A stretch of DNA of 64,000 nt from an uncultured Phycisphaerales bacterium (GTDB lineage Bacteria > Planctomycetota > Phycisphaerae > Sedimentisphaerales > Anaerobacaceae), in contig OY970359.1 of assembly GCA_963718665.1 (NCBI GenBank), positions 544,001-608,000 of the forward strand, in the 5' to 3' direction. A model generated the notes under the pieces. That model was not told the DNA's origin and ran no database searches. It saw nothing but the letters and a program-made list of their open reading frames with translations. The position numbers were made by a program, and so were the translations under genes. Below, piece after piece: positions 50,697 through 60,888 of this stretch. The number at the start of each line of letters is the position of its first letter. Position 1 is the stretch's first letter.

Positions 50697-51013
50697 GCCG
50701 AGCAATTAAACGCCAAAAAGCATTCGCCCATTGGCTTTATAGCCACAAATCGCCATATCCTAATACCGTTATGGCATATATTACTATCTATTATTTAGGT
50801 TTTGCGAAGTCGCTTTTCAGGCAATTCCTTCCTGCATTCCGCCTCTAATCGGCCGATAATACCGCAGGTTACTGCTACAAAAACGCCCTTTGGGGGGCCA
50901 GTCAGGGATGGCTGGTTGCTGCTTCGCCGAGAATAACATTTCAAGTTAGCCGCCTGCGAGTTAAAATCGGACGGGGCAGCTTTCTGCACAATAAAAACCA
51001 ATCATCGATGTCA

Positions 51014-51667
51014 TTACTTCTGCCCTGAGTTTTTCTGAAGAATTTTGCTCTCGGTACCGGCAAGCAGCCGGATGATGTTGTCCCTGTGGAGGATAAAAAC
51101 CATAACAGGGATAACCATCCCGACTATCAGCAAGGGCCACAAATCCGCAAATCGCCAGCCGGGGATTATTGCTATGGCAGCAACAAAGACAACGGGAAAA
51201 GCAAACGCAGAGGCAAGCGAAGCAAGTGACACATATCGCCAAATAAGCACAAAAATAATCCAGACAAGAAGCGTAATCGCCGCGCAAATGGTATAATAAG
51301 GCCATAAGCCAAGCGCAACACCGAAACTTGTCGCAACACCTTTACCGCCTTTGAAACCAAGATAAACGGGAAATACGTGCCCAAGTATAGCCGCACATCC
51401 CACGGCAAGCTGGGCAATCAACTCCCTCGTTGTCCCATTCTCGCCAAGCCACAATCCCACAGCCAATGTCGGCAACAGGCCCTTGGCCAAATCCAGCACA
51501 AAACAAACATACGCCCATCGCCTGCCCAAAGCGCGAGACAGATTTGTCGCGCCGATATTTCCTGAGCCGACCTTGCGCAAGTCAATTCTGTGAGCAGCGG
51601 CTATGAGCATCCCGAATGATACCGAGCCGAACAGATACGCCCCGATTAAAAACGCGGTTAATCTCAT
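51014..51667 (-). CDS. plsY: Glycerol-3-phosphate acyltransferase
   Basis: GSGNIGATN, GHVFP, KGGKGVAT, HRDNI. Confidence 0.95.
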   Translation of the reverse strand: MRLTAFLIGAYLFGSVSFGMLIAAAHRIDLRKVGSGNIGATNLSRALGRRWAYVCFVLDLAKGLLPTLAVGLWLGENGTTRELIAQLAVGCAAILGHVFPVYLGFKGGKGVATSFGVALGLWPYYTICAAITLLVWIIFVLIWRYVSLASLASAFAFPVVFVAAIAIIPGWRFADLWPLLIVGMVIPVMVFILHRDNIIRLLAGTESKILQKNSGQK

Positions 51668-52851
51668 CGTCGCCTCCTCTTCTCCAGTATTTCATCGTAA
51701 ACATCCTTAAGCTGCTGCGCAACCCTGGCGACCGAAACATCCCGGCGAAGATTATCGCTGATAATCGCGTTCGCTGCCCGATTAAGATTATCACGATTAG
51801 TGAAGTATCTGATTGCCTCACTTAACGCGGCAACATCGCGAGGGTCATCGATTGCCCTGCCGTGCCGATTATCCGCAAACAGGTCGATGGCCCCGTTAAA
51901 TTTCGTGGTTATGACTGGTTTGCCCGCGGCAAGGGCCTCAAGAATGAACCGCGAACAGGGGTCATCGAAAGTGGGCAAAACAGCCACATCGGTCGCCGCA
52001 ATCAACTCCTGCACGTTGCCGACGTCTCCGAGAAAGACGACTTTTTCTTCGACTCCCAGTTTTGCGGCCAGTCGGCGATACGCCGTCGAGCTTGCCCGGC
52101 CGGCAACAACCAATCTCGCTGGCGTATTATTATCCGTTTTTTGAAGCCGACCAATCGCCTCCACCAGACAATCGAGACCTTTACGCTTGAAATCATGACC
52201 GACAAAAAGAAACAGAACCGCATTACCTGCTTCTTTTGAACCCAGTTGAGCCAATAACTTAGTCCGCAATGAATCGACACGGGACTTATCTATCTGTCCG
52301 GCCGGCTTGATGCCGTTTGGTATGACCACCATTCGATGTTCAGGGATATGGTAGTGGGTCCTGAACTGCTCCGCCACGTAATTAGAAATCGCGACAACCA
52401 AAGGCCCGGTTTGCCCTTCTGCGAGCCGGTGTTCCGCACCAAACCACGCGGTCCTGCGAAAATTCAAAAATGCGGTTTTTCTTTTCAACGCCTGAAAAAC
52501 GGGGCAGCGATACGTCGCGGCCTTACGGATTATTGATTCAGCAAAAGTCCCGCTCCTCGGCTGATAAATATCCGCAAAGTCAAAAGGCAGAACGCTGTGA
52601 AGAATATCATAATGATTCTGTTCGGTGTGTTTTTTCAAAGCCCTCGCAAAAACCTGATAACTCGTCCTTTTACCGGGCATATCCGCACACAAAATATGCA
52701 CGTTTTGGGCTGTTGGCCGACCTTTGGCGGCAAGGATATGTGTGTCATAGCCGATCGCCCCGATGGCCTCGGCCAATTCACTGACCGAACGCTCAGCCCC
52801 GCCAAGCGCGACATCCGCCCGCTCAATTATGATTGCTATCTTTGGTTTCAT
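51664..52851 (-). CDS. GT4 glycosyltransferase (LPS core, WaaG-like)
   Basis: GGAER, IPNG, RKG, LEALAAGKPVI. Confidence 0.85.
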   Translation of the reverse strand: MKPKIAIIIERADVALGGAERSVSELAEAIGAIGYDTHILAAKGRPTAQNVHILCADMPGKRTSYQVFARALKKHTEQNHYDILHSVLPFDFADIYQPRSGTFAESIIRKAATYRCPVFQALKRKTAFLNFRRTAWFGAEHRLAEGQTGPLVVAISNYVAEQFRTHYHIPEHRMVVIPNGIKPAGQIDKSRVDSLRTKLLAQLGSKEAGNAVLFLFVGHDFKRKGLDCLVEAIGRLQKTDNNTPARLVVAGRASSTAYRRLAAKLGVEEKVVFLGDVGNVQELIAATDVAVLPTFDDPCSRFILEALAAGKPVITTKFNGAIDLFADNRHGRAIDDPRDVAALSEAIRYFTNRDNLNRAANAIISDNLRRDVSVARVAQQLKDVYDEILEKRRRR

Positions 52852-52871
52852 CCGTCGGTATTATAGCCCGC

Positions 52872-53699
52872 TTAAGTTTCGAAAAGAACCGCCCTACCGT
52901 GTTTGGCGTCGTGTCTGGCCATACGCCTGGCCTTACCGGCGATGCGCCTGACAAATACTTTGTCGCCCGCGTTAAGTTTTTCGCGACCAAGATATGCCAG
53001 AAGAAATCGCAGCCGGTCGGTTTTTGAAAAGTATCCGGCGGGAGCCGAATAATGCAACTGGGCGATGTCCTTAACGCGGTATATTTCACTGAATAACACC
53101 GGCTTAAACACCCTTGCCAAATCTATCAGATAAAATCGACCATCCGGAACCCTGAATATGTGGCACAGATATAAATCGCGATGACGGCAGCCGGTATCGT
53201 GAAATTTTTTTATAAATAACGCCAACTGCCTTATAAACTGCCGGCGTAAAGCCATATTTTCCGCTGTCCCCGGCTCATTAAAAAAACCTGGCAAACTTCG
53301 CTCAAGCGATTGACCTTCCCGTATTTCCTCGATGGCCACAAAACTGCGTTTCTCGAAAAAACCTCTCCAAACCTGTCCCCACGCAATCATTTTTGGCGTA
53401 TTTATTCCCATCGTCGCCAGTTTTTTCGCCGCCTCGACCTCCGCCATAGCCCAACTAACGCGTTTTTTCGCAGATAACCAGTTTTTAAATTGTGTCATTA
53501 TCGGCGGATGGTCATATCGTTTAAGAAAAACCGTAGTGGCAGGCGACTCAATCTTAAATTCGATTCTGCTTCGATACGAGGCGAGATTTTTCTTGGTGAG
53601 ATTTTTCCCCGCCCCAAACGCGAACATCGCCTCAATTGACGTCAGGCCAAGCCGTTCAAAGCCGGTCTTGTATGCCGGGTCGATAAAAAACTCCGTCAT
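52872..53699 (-). CDS. Lipopolysaccharide kinase (WaaP/Kdo kinase family)
   Basis: HRDLYLCHI, LIDL, KDIAQL. Confidence 0.85.
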   Translation of the reverse strand: MTEFFIDPAYKTGFERLGLTSIEAMFAFGAGKNLTKKNLASYRSRIEFKIESPATTVFLKRYDHPPIMTQFKNWLSAKKRVSWAMAEVEAAKKLATMGINTPKMIAWGQVWRGFFEKRSFVAIEEIREGQSLERSLPGFFNEPGTAENMALRRQFIRQLALFIKKFHDTGCRHRDLYLCHIFRVPDGRFYLIDLARVFKPVLFSEIYRVKDIAQLHYSAPAGYFSKTDRLRFLLAYLGREKLNAGDKVFVRRIAGKARRMARHDAKHGRAVLFET

Positions 53700-54754
53700 A
53701 TCACGCCCCGCTTCCCGAAACTGCCCGCATCCAGAACTTTTGTCGCCGCTTTACAGACCATTTCGACGGTTATCGCTTCCATACAAAAATGCGACGTTTC
53801 CCTGCAAACCGGCTTATCGCAGGGTGCGCAGGGGGCATCGCCTTTGATAAATACCTCGTCAGCGTAACCGGGGTCCGTCCACGCCGAGTTATTCGGCCCT
53901 ACCAGCGTAATGACTTTCCGCTTTAACCCGATGGCAATATGTCTCGGCCCCGTGTCATTGCAAATAACCAAATCCGCGACGGCGATAAGCGCCTTCAACT
54001 CCCCAAGCCCGACAGGCGTATCGCCCAAGTTTATCGGCTTGTGTTTCGCAGCATCAACAATATGCTCTGCAATATGTTTTTCGTCTGCGTTTGGCGCAAC
54101 CGACAACACAACCGTCGTGTTATACTTTTCGGCCAGCCAGTCGGCGATTTGGGCAAACCTGTCCGCAGACCAGCGTTTGCTTGGCCCCGCCGCTGCGCCT
54201 GGAACAAGAATCACTACAGGCCCCTTCGCGTTGAAAACCGCCGGCAATTTCGCCTTCAATTTCTCTGTGTCTTTCGGCTCAACCGACAACTCGATGCGCC
54301 TGTCCCGCACATCTGCGCCTAACTTCGCCGCGACAGCCAGATAATAATCAACTATCGATATCGGCTCAAATTCTCCTGACGGCAATCTGGGCGGATACAA
54401 CTTTTCGGTCAATAATATCCCCCGCCCGTCCCTTGCGTAACCAATACGAACGGGTATTCCCGCCAGCCGGCAAGTCAAAGCGGAGCCAAAAGAATTTTTG
54501 AACATAATCGCGTGCGTAAAATTATGCTTCTTCAGCATCCGGGCAGTGGCGAATACACCGCTATTATTTTGTTCGAGCCACGTGTCCGCTAAACCACAAG
54601 GTGAAAAAATCTGGCGCACAACATTGCTTGCGAAAAACGTTATCTTCGAGGAATTGAACCGCCCGCGAATCGCCCGCAGGGCAGGCGTGCATAAAATTGC
54701 GTCCCCCATCGGAGAAGGAAGCCAGACCAGAATATTGTCCTTCGTATCAGCCAT
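53696..54754 (-). CDS. waaF: LPS heptosyltransferase II (GT9)
   Basis: MGDAI, GPSKRW, NDTGPRHIA. Confidence 0.85.
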   Translation of the reverse strand: MADTKDNILVWLPSPMGDAILCTPALRAIRGRFNSSKITFFASNVVRQIFSPCGLADTWLEQNNSGVFATARMLKKHNFTHAIMFKNSFGSALTCRLAGIPVRIGYARDGRGILLTEKLYPPRLPSGEFEPISIVDYYLAVAAKLGADVRDRRIELSVEPKDTEKLKAKLPAVFNAKGPVVILVPGAAAGPSKRWSADRFAQIADWLAEKYNTTVVLSVAPNADEKHIAEHIVDAAKHKPINLGDTPVGLGELKALIAVADLVICNDTGPRHIAIGLKRKVITLVGPNNSAWTDPGYADEVFIKGDAPCAPCDKPVCRETSHFCMEAITVEMVCKAATKVLDAGSFGKRGVI

Positions 54755-54790
54755 TTTTAAGTAAATAGATGTGATTCCTGCGCAGTCCCA

Positions 54791-55758
54791 CTACCTCGGC
54801 CCGCGCATGACGTAAAACGTCAGCGCCATCAACTGCAAAAGTATAGCGAACCCGATGGAAATAAGAAGCTGGTTGAACTGTTTCGTTGGGCTCGTCAAAA
54901 ACCATATACTCGCAAGCAAACACAAAAACACTAGCCCCTGTGCGATACCCGCAACAAAACGGGTTATGGAAAATTCCCCGAACATATTATGTCGCTGCAT
55001 CATTTTAATCTGGTCAAGGATATTGCTCAGCAGACGTTCCGTCGTCGGCTGTTCGGCCGGTTGAGGTGGTGCAGTTTGCTCTGGTTCGGCTTGTTGCGGC
55101 GTCGCGGCTTGTTGTTGAGACACAGGCTCTTGCGGCTTTTCCTCAATCGCCTGTGCCTGCTGCTCAGCTGGCAACACATTGGCAGGTTTCTGCGCCGACC
55201 GCGATTTCATCTTGATAATGTTCACGACTTCTTTGAGATTTACGGCCTTATAATCAGGAGCCGGCGCTCCCGGCTGGAGTTTTTGCTCATGCGTGCGACC
55301 CGCAAGCATTATCGTTCTGCAGCCGGCCCTCGCTCCCGCCTCTATGTCATTGGTGGTGTCGCCAACTATCCAGGATTCCCGCAGGTCGATATCCATGTCC
55401 CTGCTCGCCGCAAGGAGCATCCCCGGGTTGGGCTTGCGCCAATCGCTTTCCTTGCGGTATTTCGGAATCACCCCTTCAATATGATAAGGACAATAGTATA
55501 TCCGGTCTAAGGACACGCCCTTTTCCGCAAGAAGCTGTTCCAGTCGTTTGTGAATCTGACCAAGAACCTCCTCGGTTACAATTCCTCTGGCCACGCCGGA
55601 CTGGTTCGACACAACGACAAGTTTATACCCAAGCGACTTAAGCGAGCTCAACGCCTCCGGGCGCCTTCGAGCAGCTTGACCTGGTCCGGGTTATCTATGT
55701 ACCCGGGGTCCTCTATTATCGTATTGTCACGGTCCAGGAATATCGCTTTGTTGGCCAT
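54791..55758 (-). CDS. gmhB: Heptose 1,7-bisphosphate phosphatase with C-terminal membrane extension; frameshift at ~55660
   Basis: Manual N-terminus MANKAIFLDRDNT from ATG 55758; SNQSG, RKPNPG, VGD in downstream frame. Confidence 0.85.
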
Positions 55759-55770
55759 AATTATCTTCGC

Positions 55771-56349
55771 CTATGCAAAACTTTGCTCAACGAGTTTACA
55801 GATTATGTGATACGCGAGCAGGTGAATCTCCTGACTTCTCGCCGCGGATTCACTGTCCGTGCAAAAACATTTATCCGCCAGCCGTTGTATCCTGCTGTTT
55901 TTTCTGCCGGTAAACGCTATAACGACAGCGCCCTTTTTTCTGGCGACCTTCACAGCCGCAAGGATATTAGGCGATGAGCCGCTCGTCGATATCGCCCAGA
56001 ATATATCGCCTTTTCTCACAAGCGCCTCGGCCTGCCTGGCAAATATATTCTCATAACAACCGTCGTTGGCAATCGAGGTCAGCACCGAACTGTCAGTCGT
56101 CAGGGCAACGGCAGGCAACGCCCTGCGACTGGACTCGAATCTGTTCACTAATTCCGCCGCGATATGCTGAGCATCCGCAGCCGAACCACCGTTGCCGCAG
56201 ATATAAACCGTCGCGCCTTTTTTAATCGCCTTTGCTATCGCGCCGGCAATATCGGCAATCGTCTCCAGCCCCGACTCTTCAAGCTCAGTAACCATTCTCC
56301 TGTGAGTCCGAACTATTTCGAATACCTGCTTTTTCAAATTTTTGCTCAT
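55771..56349 (-). CDS. gmhA: Phosphoheptose isomerase
   Basis: CGNGGSAADAQH, STSGSS, QEIH. Confidence 0.95.
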   Translation of the reverse strand: MSKNLKKQVFEIVRTHRRMVTELEESGLETIADIAGAIAKAIKKGATVYICGNGGSAADAQHIAAELVNRFESSRRALPAVALTTDSSVLTSIANDGCYENIFARQAEALVRKGDIFWAISTSGSSPNILAAVKVARKKGAVVIAFTGRKNSRIQRLADKCFCTDSESAARSQEIHLLAYHIICKLVEQSFA

Positions 56350-57845
56350 CGCTTCCCTGATTTCGTTTTTGCTACCTGCGATTTCATTTTTTCGATTATA
56401 AGCGTCGAGCTTTTGCCCTTCATAAGAGGTGCAAATAACAGTTTGCCTCCGTATGATTTGACGAACTTCGCACCCACGACGCCTTTTTTCTCCCAGTCCT
56501 TCCCCTTGACTAAAACATCAGGCTTGACCTTCTTGATAAGGTCAATCGGGGTTGATTCATCAAATATCGTAATGTAATCCACCGACTCAAGGGCCGCCAG
56601 GACCGCCGCCCTGTCAACCTGGTTGTGAATAGGCCTGTCAGGCCCTTTGATTACTCGCACAGAACTATCACTATTTAACCCGACGACCACGACGTCGCCA
56701 CGCTCTTTGCAGAACTTCAGGTATTCGATATGTCCCCTGTGTATGACATCGAAACAGCCGTTGGTAAAAACGATTTTCTGACTTCGTTTGCGACGCCAGG
56801 CCAGCTCCGCCAAAAGCGAATCAACCGACCGAACCTTGCCCTCGCCGCCGCGGTTAAGATAAACAATTTCAGTTATTATCTCGTCCCTGCTGACAGTCGC
56901 GCCGCCGAATTTCTCCACCTCGATTCCGCCTGCGATATTCGACAACTGAACCGCCGTCTTGAAATCGCAGCCGGCCGCAAGTGTCAACGCCAAAGTCGCC
57001 AATACCGTGTCCCCTGCCCCCGTTACATCATACACAATGCGAGGCCTTGTTGGTATTTGCTCATCGAAACCGGGGCTCCTGAGATACGCCCCTTCCTTAT
57101 CCAGCGTAATGACTATCGCTTCGAGTTTGAGCTTTCGCACAAATTCCCTGGCCGCATGGGCCGCGTCAGCGATGGTCTTTATTTCGAACCCTACGCCCAT
57201 ACGCGTTTCATACCGATTAGGCGTAATGACCGATGCCCCGGTGTATTTCGAATAGTCGCTAATAGGCGACGGGTCAATCAAAACCCTTTTGCGTGCCTTC
57301 GCGGCAAGTTTAATTACCTTTTTGCAGAACAAATCCGCGAGGACACCCTTGTTATAATCCTGCAAACAAATGTTATCCGCCTGTTTAATCCTGGTCTCTA
57401 AAATCTTTGCCAGCCGGCCATATTGCCCCTCAGTCAACGGCTCGGTCGATTCATTATCCATCCTGAACAACTGCTGCTGGTGTCTATGCTGCGCCAGACC
57501 TATCAGTCGCTGTTTGGTCGTCGTCGGCCTGTCTGTAACAGTCATCAGGCCCGATACGTCCGCACCCATCTTCGCCAGCAGGTCTTTGAGCTTCTTCCCG
57601 TTTGCGTCATCACCTATAACACCTACGCATAAGGGAACCGCCCCCAGTGCGCACAAATTCGCCGCAACCAGCCCCGCCCCCCCGCAACTGTATTCGGTTT
57701 TGGTTACCTTCAGCACGGGCACAGGCGCTTCGGGGCTAATCCGCTCGGCGTCGCCATACACATATACATCGAGCATAAAATCGCCCACAAGCAGCACTTT
57801 CGGCGTGCCGAGCTTTGTTATGGCATTTAGAAGATTTTCATACAT
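56346..57845 (-). CDS. hldE: Bifunctional heptose kinase/adenylyltransferase
   Basis: RISPEAPVP, DVTGAGDT, FTNGCFDVIH. Confidence 0.95.
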   Translation of the reverse strand: MYENLLNAITKLGTPKVLLVGDFMLDVYVYGDAERISPEAPVPVLKVTKTEYSCGGAGLVAANLCALGAVPLCVGVIGDDANGKKLKDLLAKMGADVSGLMTVTDRPTTTKQRLIGLAQHRHQQQLFRMDNESTEPLTEGQYGRLAKILETRIKQADNICLQDYNKGVLADLFCKKVIKLAAKARKRVLIDPSPISDYSKYTGASVITPNRYETRMGVGFEIKTIADAAHAAREFVRKLKLEAIVITLDKEGAYLRSPGFDEQIPTRPRIVYDVTGAGDTVLATLALTLAAGCDFKTAVQLSNIAGGIEVEKFGGATVSRDEIITEIVYLNRGGEGKVRSVDSLLAELAWRRKRSQKIVFTNGCFDVIHRGHIEYLKFCKERGDVVVVGLNSDSSVRVIKGPDRPIHNQVDRAAVLAALESVDYITIFDESTPIDLIKKVKPDVLVKGKDWEKKGVVGAKFVKSYGGKLLFAPLMKGKSSTLIIEKMKSQVAKTKSGKR

Positions 57846-57860
57846 AGCGGTTTTCTGCGA

Positions 57861-58997
57861 TTAAACAGTTCTTTTCCGTGGTATTTTACCCGCAAGCGAC
57901 CGTTCAATCAACTCCATTATACGGTCCTGCCCCTCCACAAACTGCAACCTGACCGCCAGATATGCCAAAACCAACTCCCCCTCCCCCGACGCCGGCTGCG
58001 ATATTTTGTTATAATCCTTCTCCGTAGTAAGCATCATCCGGGCACCCGACTTCGCCGCGTCGCGATAAATATCGTTCACGTCATTGACTGTATAATTATA
58101 GTGGTCGTCGTAAACCTTAGACCCAACGATATTCGCTCCTGCCAGCCCCACAGTCGCCAAAAACGCCTCCGGGTTCGCTATCCCGCAAAAAACATATATT
58201 TTTTTGCCTTTCAATTCTTCAAGCTGAATTTGCTTCTCGCCCGAAACCGCGAAAACCGGGCTGTGAATCGTCTGCGCTATTATAACATCGGGATTTATCC
58301 TGTTGATAGCCGCCGTCAATTCTGTCAGATTATTTTTCGAAACCAGGTCGCACCTGGTAAGTATTACCGCCTTTGCCCTTTTCAACGCCGAAACCGGTTC
58401 GCGCAGTAAACCCGCAGGCAGCAATCTGCCATAGCCAAATGGCTGCATTGCGTCGATGGTTACAATATCAATATCCCTGTGCAGCCGACGGTGCTGAAAA
58501 CCATCGTCCATAATCAGGACCTGTGCCCTGCGTTTTTTTACCGCCTCAATCGCCCCCGCCAGCCGGTCAGGGTTTACCACTACCGCCGAACCGGAACAAT
58601 TTTTAGCTAACATCCCCGGCTCATCACTCTCGCCCTTCGCCGCTTTATACCCGCGGGTCAGTATCGCGCAATTGACATTCTGCTCACGGAACAGATTGCA
58701 TAACCAGATTACCAAAGGCGTCTTGCCCGTCCCTCCGACGGTTATATTGCCGACGCTTATTACCGGGACCGTTGCCTGTGTCCTGTCCGATGTTACAAGT
58801 CCCGCAGCCGTTACCGCGTATGATTTGGCCTGCCCCCCGTCATACAGCCAATTCCGCAGCGAGATGCCCAAACCATAAAAAACCGCGGCGACATTCAACA
58901 GCAGGCGCAACGCCGACGCGATAACGCCTGTGCTTTGCCCAGAAACAAGTTTCTTAAACCGCTCCTGGTTCATACCGATGATAGTCCGGGTCTCCAT
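57861..58997 (-). CDS. lpxK: Tetraacyldisaccharide 4'-kinase
   Basis: VGNITVGGTGKTP, DDGFQH, LPAGLLRE, TTEKD. Confidence 0.95.
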   Translation of the reverse strand: METRTIIGMNQERFKKLVSGQSTGVIASALRLLLNVAAVFYGLGISLRNWLYDGGQAKSYAVTAAGLVTSDRTQATVPVISVGNITVGGTGKTPLVIWLCNLFREQNVNCAILTRGYKAAKGESDEPGMLAKNCSGSAVVVNPDRLAGAIEAVKKRRAQVLIMDDGFQHRRLHRDIDIVTIDAMQPFGYGRLLPAGLLREPVSALKRAKAVILTRCDLVSKNNLTELTAAINRINPDVIIAQTIHSPVFAVSGEKQIQLEELKGKKIYVFCGIANPEAFLATVGLAGANIVGSKVYDDHYNYTVNDVNDIYRDAAKSGARMMLTTEKDYNKISQPASGEGELVLAYLAVRLQFVEGQDRIMELIERSLAGKIPRKRTV

Positions 58998-59001
58998 TGA
59001 A

Positions 59002-60084
59002 CTACAAATTTCTGATTTTCCTTATTATCGCGTCGGCCATTTCCTGTGTGCCGACCGCCGTCGGGTCGTTGCGGTTTGCCTTCATATCGTAAGTAACATC
59101 TTTACCCTCGGCTATTACTTCCGCGACCGCGTTCTCAAGCTTGTATGCCTCCGCCGTATTCCCGATGTGCCGCAAAAGCAACACGCCGCTGAGTATCAAA
59201 GCAACAGGATTGACCTTGTTAAGCCCCTTGTATTTCGGTGCGCTGCCGTGAGTCGCCTCGAATATCGCGGCCTTCTCGCCTATATTCGCCCCCGGCGCAA
59301 CACCCAATCCCCCTACTAATCCCGCACACAAATCACTGAGAATATCCCCGTATAAATTGGGTAATACCAGGACATCATACAACTCCGGCTTTTGCACTAA
59401 CTGCATACACATATTGTCAACGATGCGGTCCTCGAACTCGATATCGCTGTTCTTCGCCGCTATCTGCCTGCTAATCTCCAGCCAAAGACCGTCGGTGAAC
59501 TTCATAATATTGGCCTTGTGAACGCTCGTAACCTTTTTACGACCCATTTTCCGGGCGTAATCAAAAGCATATTGCACTATCCGCTCTGTGCCCGCGACCG
59601 AAATGGGTTTTATGCTTATCCCGGAATCTGACCTGATTTGTTTTTTGTTGTGCTTATTGAGCCAGTTTATAAGCTCAGCCGTATCGTCCTTGCCCTTCTC
59701 AAATTCGACGCCCGCGTAAAGGTCCTCGGTATTTTCACGGACGAGAACAAGGTCGATATTCGAGTATTTGCTGCGAACGCCCTTATAACTTTTGCAGGGT
59801 CTCAGGCAGGCGTACAGGTCAAATATCTGCCGCAAATGAACGTTTATGCTGCGAAACCCCGTGCCCACGGGCGTCGTTATCGGCGCCTTCAGCGCAATCG
59901 CGTTCTTTTTTATCGATTCCACCGTCGAATCCGGCAAAGGTGTCCCCGCTTTGGCCATTACATCAACTCCCGCCTCGCAGATTTCCCATTTTATTTTCGC
60001 GCCCGTGGCGTCGATGCATCTTTGCGCTGCCTGGGCTATCTCAGGCCCAATACCATCACCCGTTATCAGCGTAACATTAGTCAT
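59002..60084 (-). CDS. Isocitrate/isopropylmalate dehydrogenase family, probably isocitrate dehydrogenase
   Basis: [37 protein letters not shown]. Confidence 0.88.
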   Translation of the reverse strand: MTNVTLITGDGIGPEIAQAAQRCIDATGAKIKWEICEAGVDVMAKAGTPLPDSTVESIKKNAIALKAPITTPVGTGFRSINVHLRQIFDLYACLRPCKSYKGVRSKYSNIDLVLVRENTEDLYAGVEFEKGKDDTAELINWLNKHNKKQIRSDSGISIKPISVAGTERIVQYAFDYARKMGRKKVTSVHKANIMKFTDGLWLEISRQIAAKNSDIEFEDRIVDNMCMQLVQKPELYDVLVLPNLYGDILSDLCAGLVGGLGVAPGANIGEKAAIFEATHGSAPKYKGLNKVNPVALILSGVLLLRHIGNTAEAYKLENAVAEVIAEGKDVTYDMKANRNDPTAVGTQEMADAIIRKIRNL

Positions 60085-60205
60085 AATCTTAAGCTCCAGA
60101 ATTAAATACGAGGGGATGATAGTATCGCTCAAAAGCGACGATGTCAATAACGACCATTGACAAAGGGGTATCAAACCTGTTATTCTGCTTGCCTGTTAAA
60201 TTACC

Positions 60206-60278
60206 GGGAGCGTAGCTCAGTAGGTAGAGCACCGCACTTTTAATGCGTAGGTCCTGGGTTCGAATCCCAGCACTCCCA
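60206..60278 (+). tRNA. tRNA-Lys(UUU)
   Basis: CTTTTAA loop, GTTCGAATC; TTGACA upstream at ~60158. Confidence 0.9.
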
Positions 60279-60319
60279 TTTGGAAAATTGGAGGACGGAG
60301 GACTGAAAACGGAAGACGG

Positions 60320-60709
60320 CTAAGCCATCGCTGGTTCAAGAACATCTTCTTCGTTCGGCTGTGAATTAGCTAATTCACCCGGCCTGAACGGAAGTGGCTC
60401 ATGAAATTTCATCGCCACGCGACTCAGGCCATTGCCAATTTGGTCAATTCGACAAACCTGACCCGCGCGAACAAAATCACTGATATCGAAACGGTCATCC
60501 TCGTGGTAATATGGAACGCTGAAACGGGTTGTTATGTTTTGGCCCGGATAAGGGCAGCCCTTGTCCGCATAGCAGGTAAAAGCAGCCCCTCCGCTGGAAA
60601 CGTCAACCATTTGTCCTTGTGAAAGTAAACCGGCAAAATTCTCTGCGAACCACACAGGCCAGTGGTATCTTAATCTTGGCTCTCTTCTCCGCTCGGCTGT
60701 GTCTTGCAT
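60320..60709 (-). CDS. PilZ-domain protein
   Basis: RREPR and DVSSGG c-di-GMP motifs. Confidence 0.85.
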   Translation of the reverse strand: MQDTAERRREPRLRYHWPVWFAENFAGLLSQGQMVDVSSGGAAFTCYADKGCPYPGQNITTRFSVPYYHEDDRFDISDFVRAGQVCRIDQIGNGLSRVAMKFHEPLPFRPGELANSQPNEEDVLEPAMA

Positions 60710-60888
60710 TGCCGGTTCCTCAAAAAAGACATTAATGTGTTTACTCCCTGCGAATCGTCTTTTTCAAGGGACGGCTTAAGAGATTGATAAGTGTGATTGA
60801 TGATTGATTATCTAAAGCCCCGTTCCGCTCTAAATAATCAATAATCAATCGATAAAAAAAGTTGGGACAAAGTCGAATGTTCCGATAA

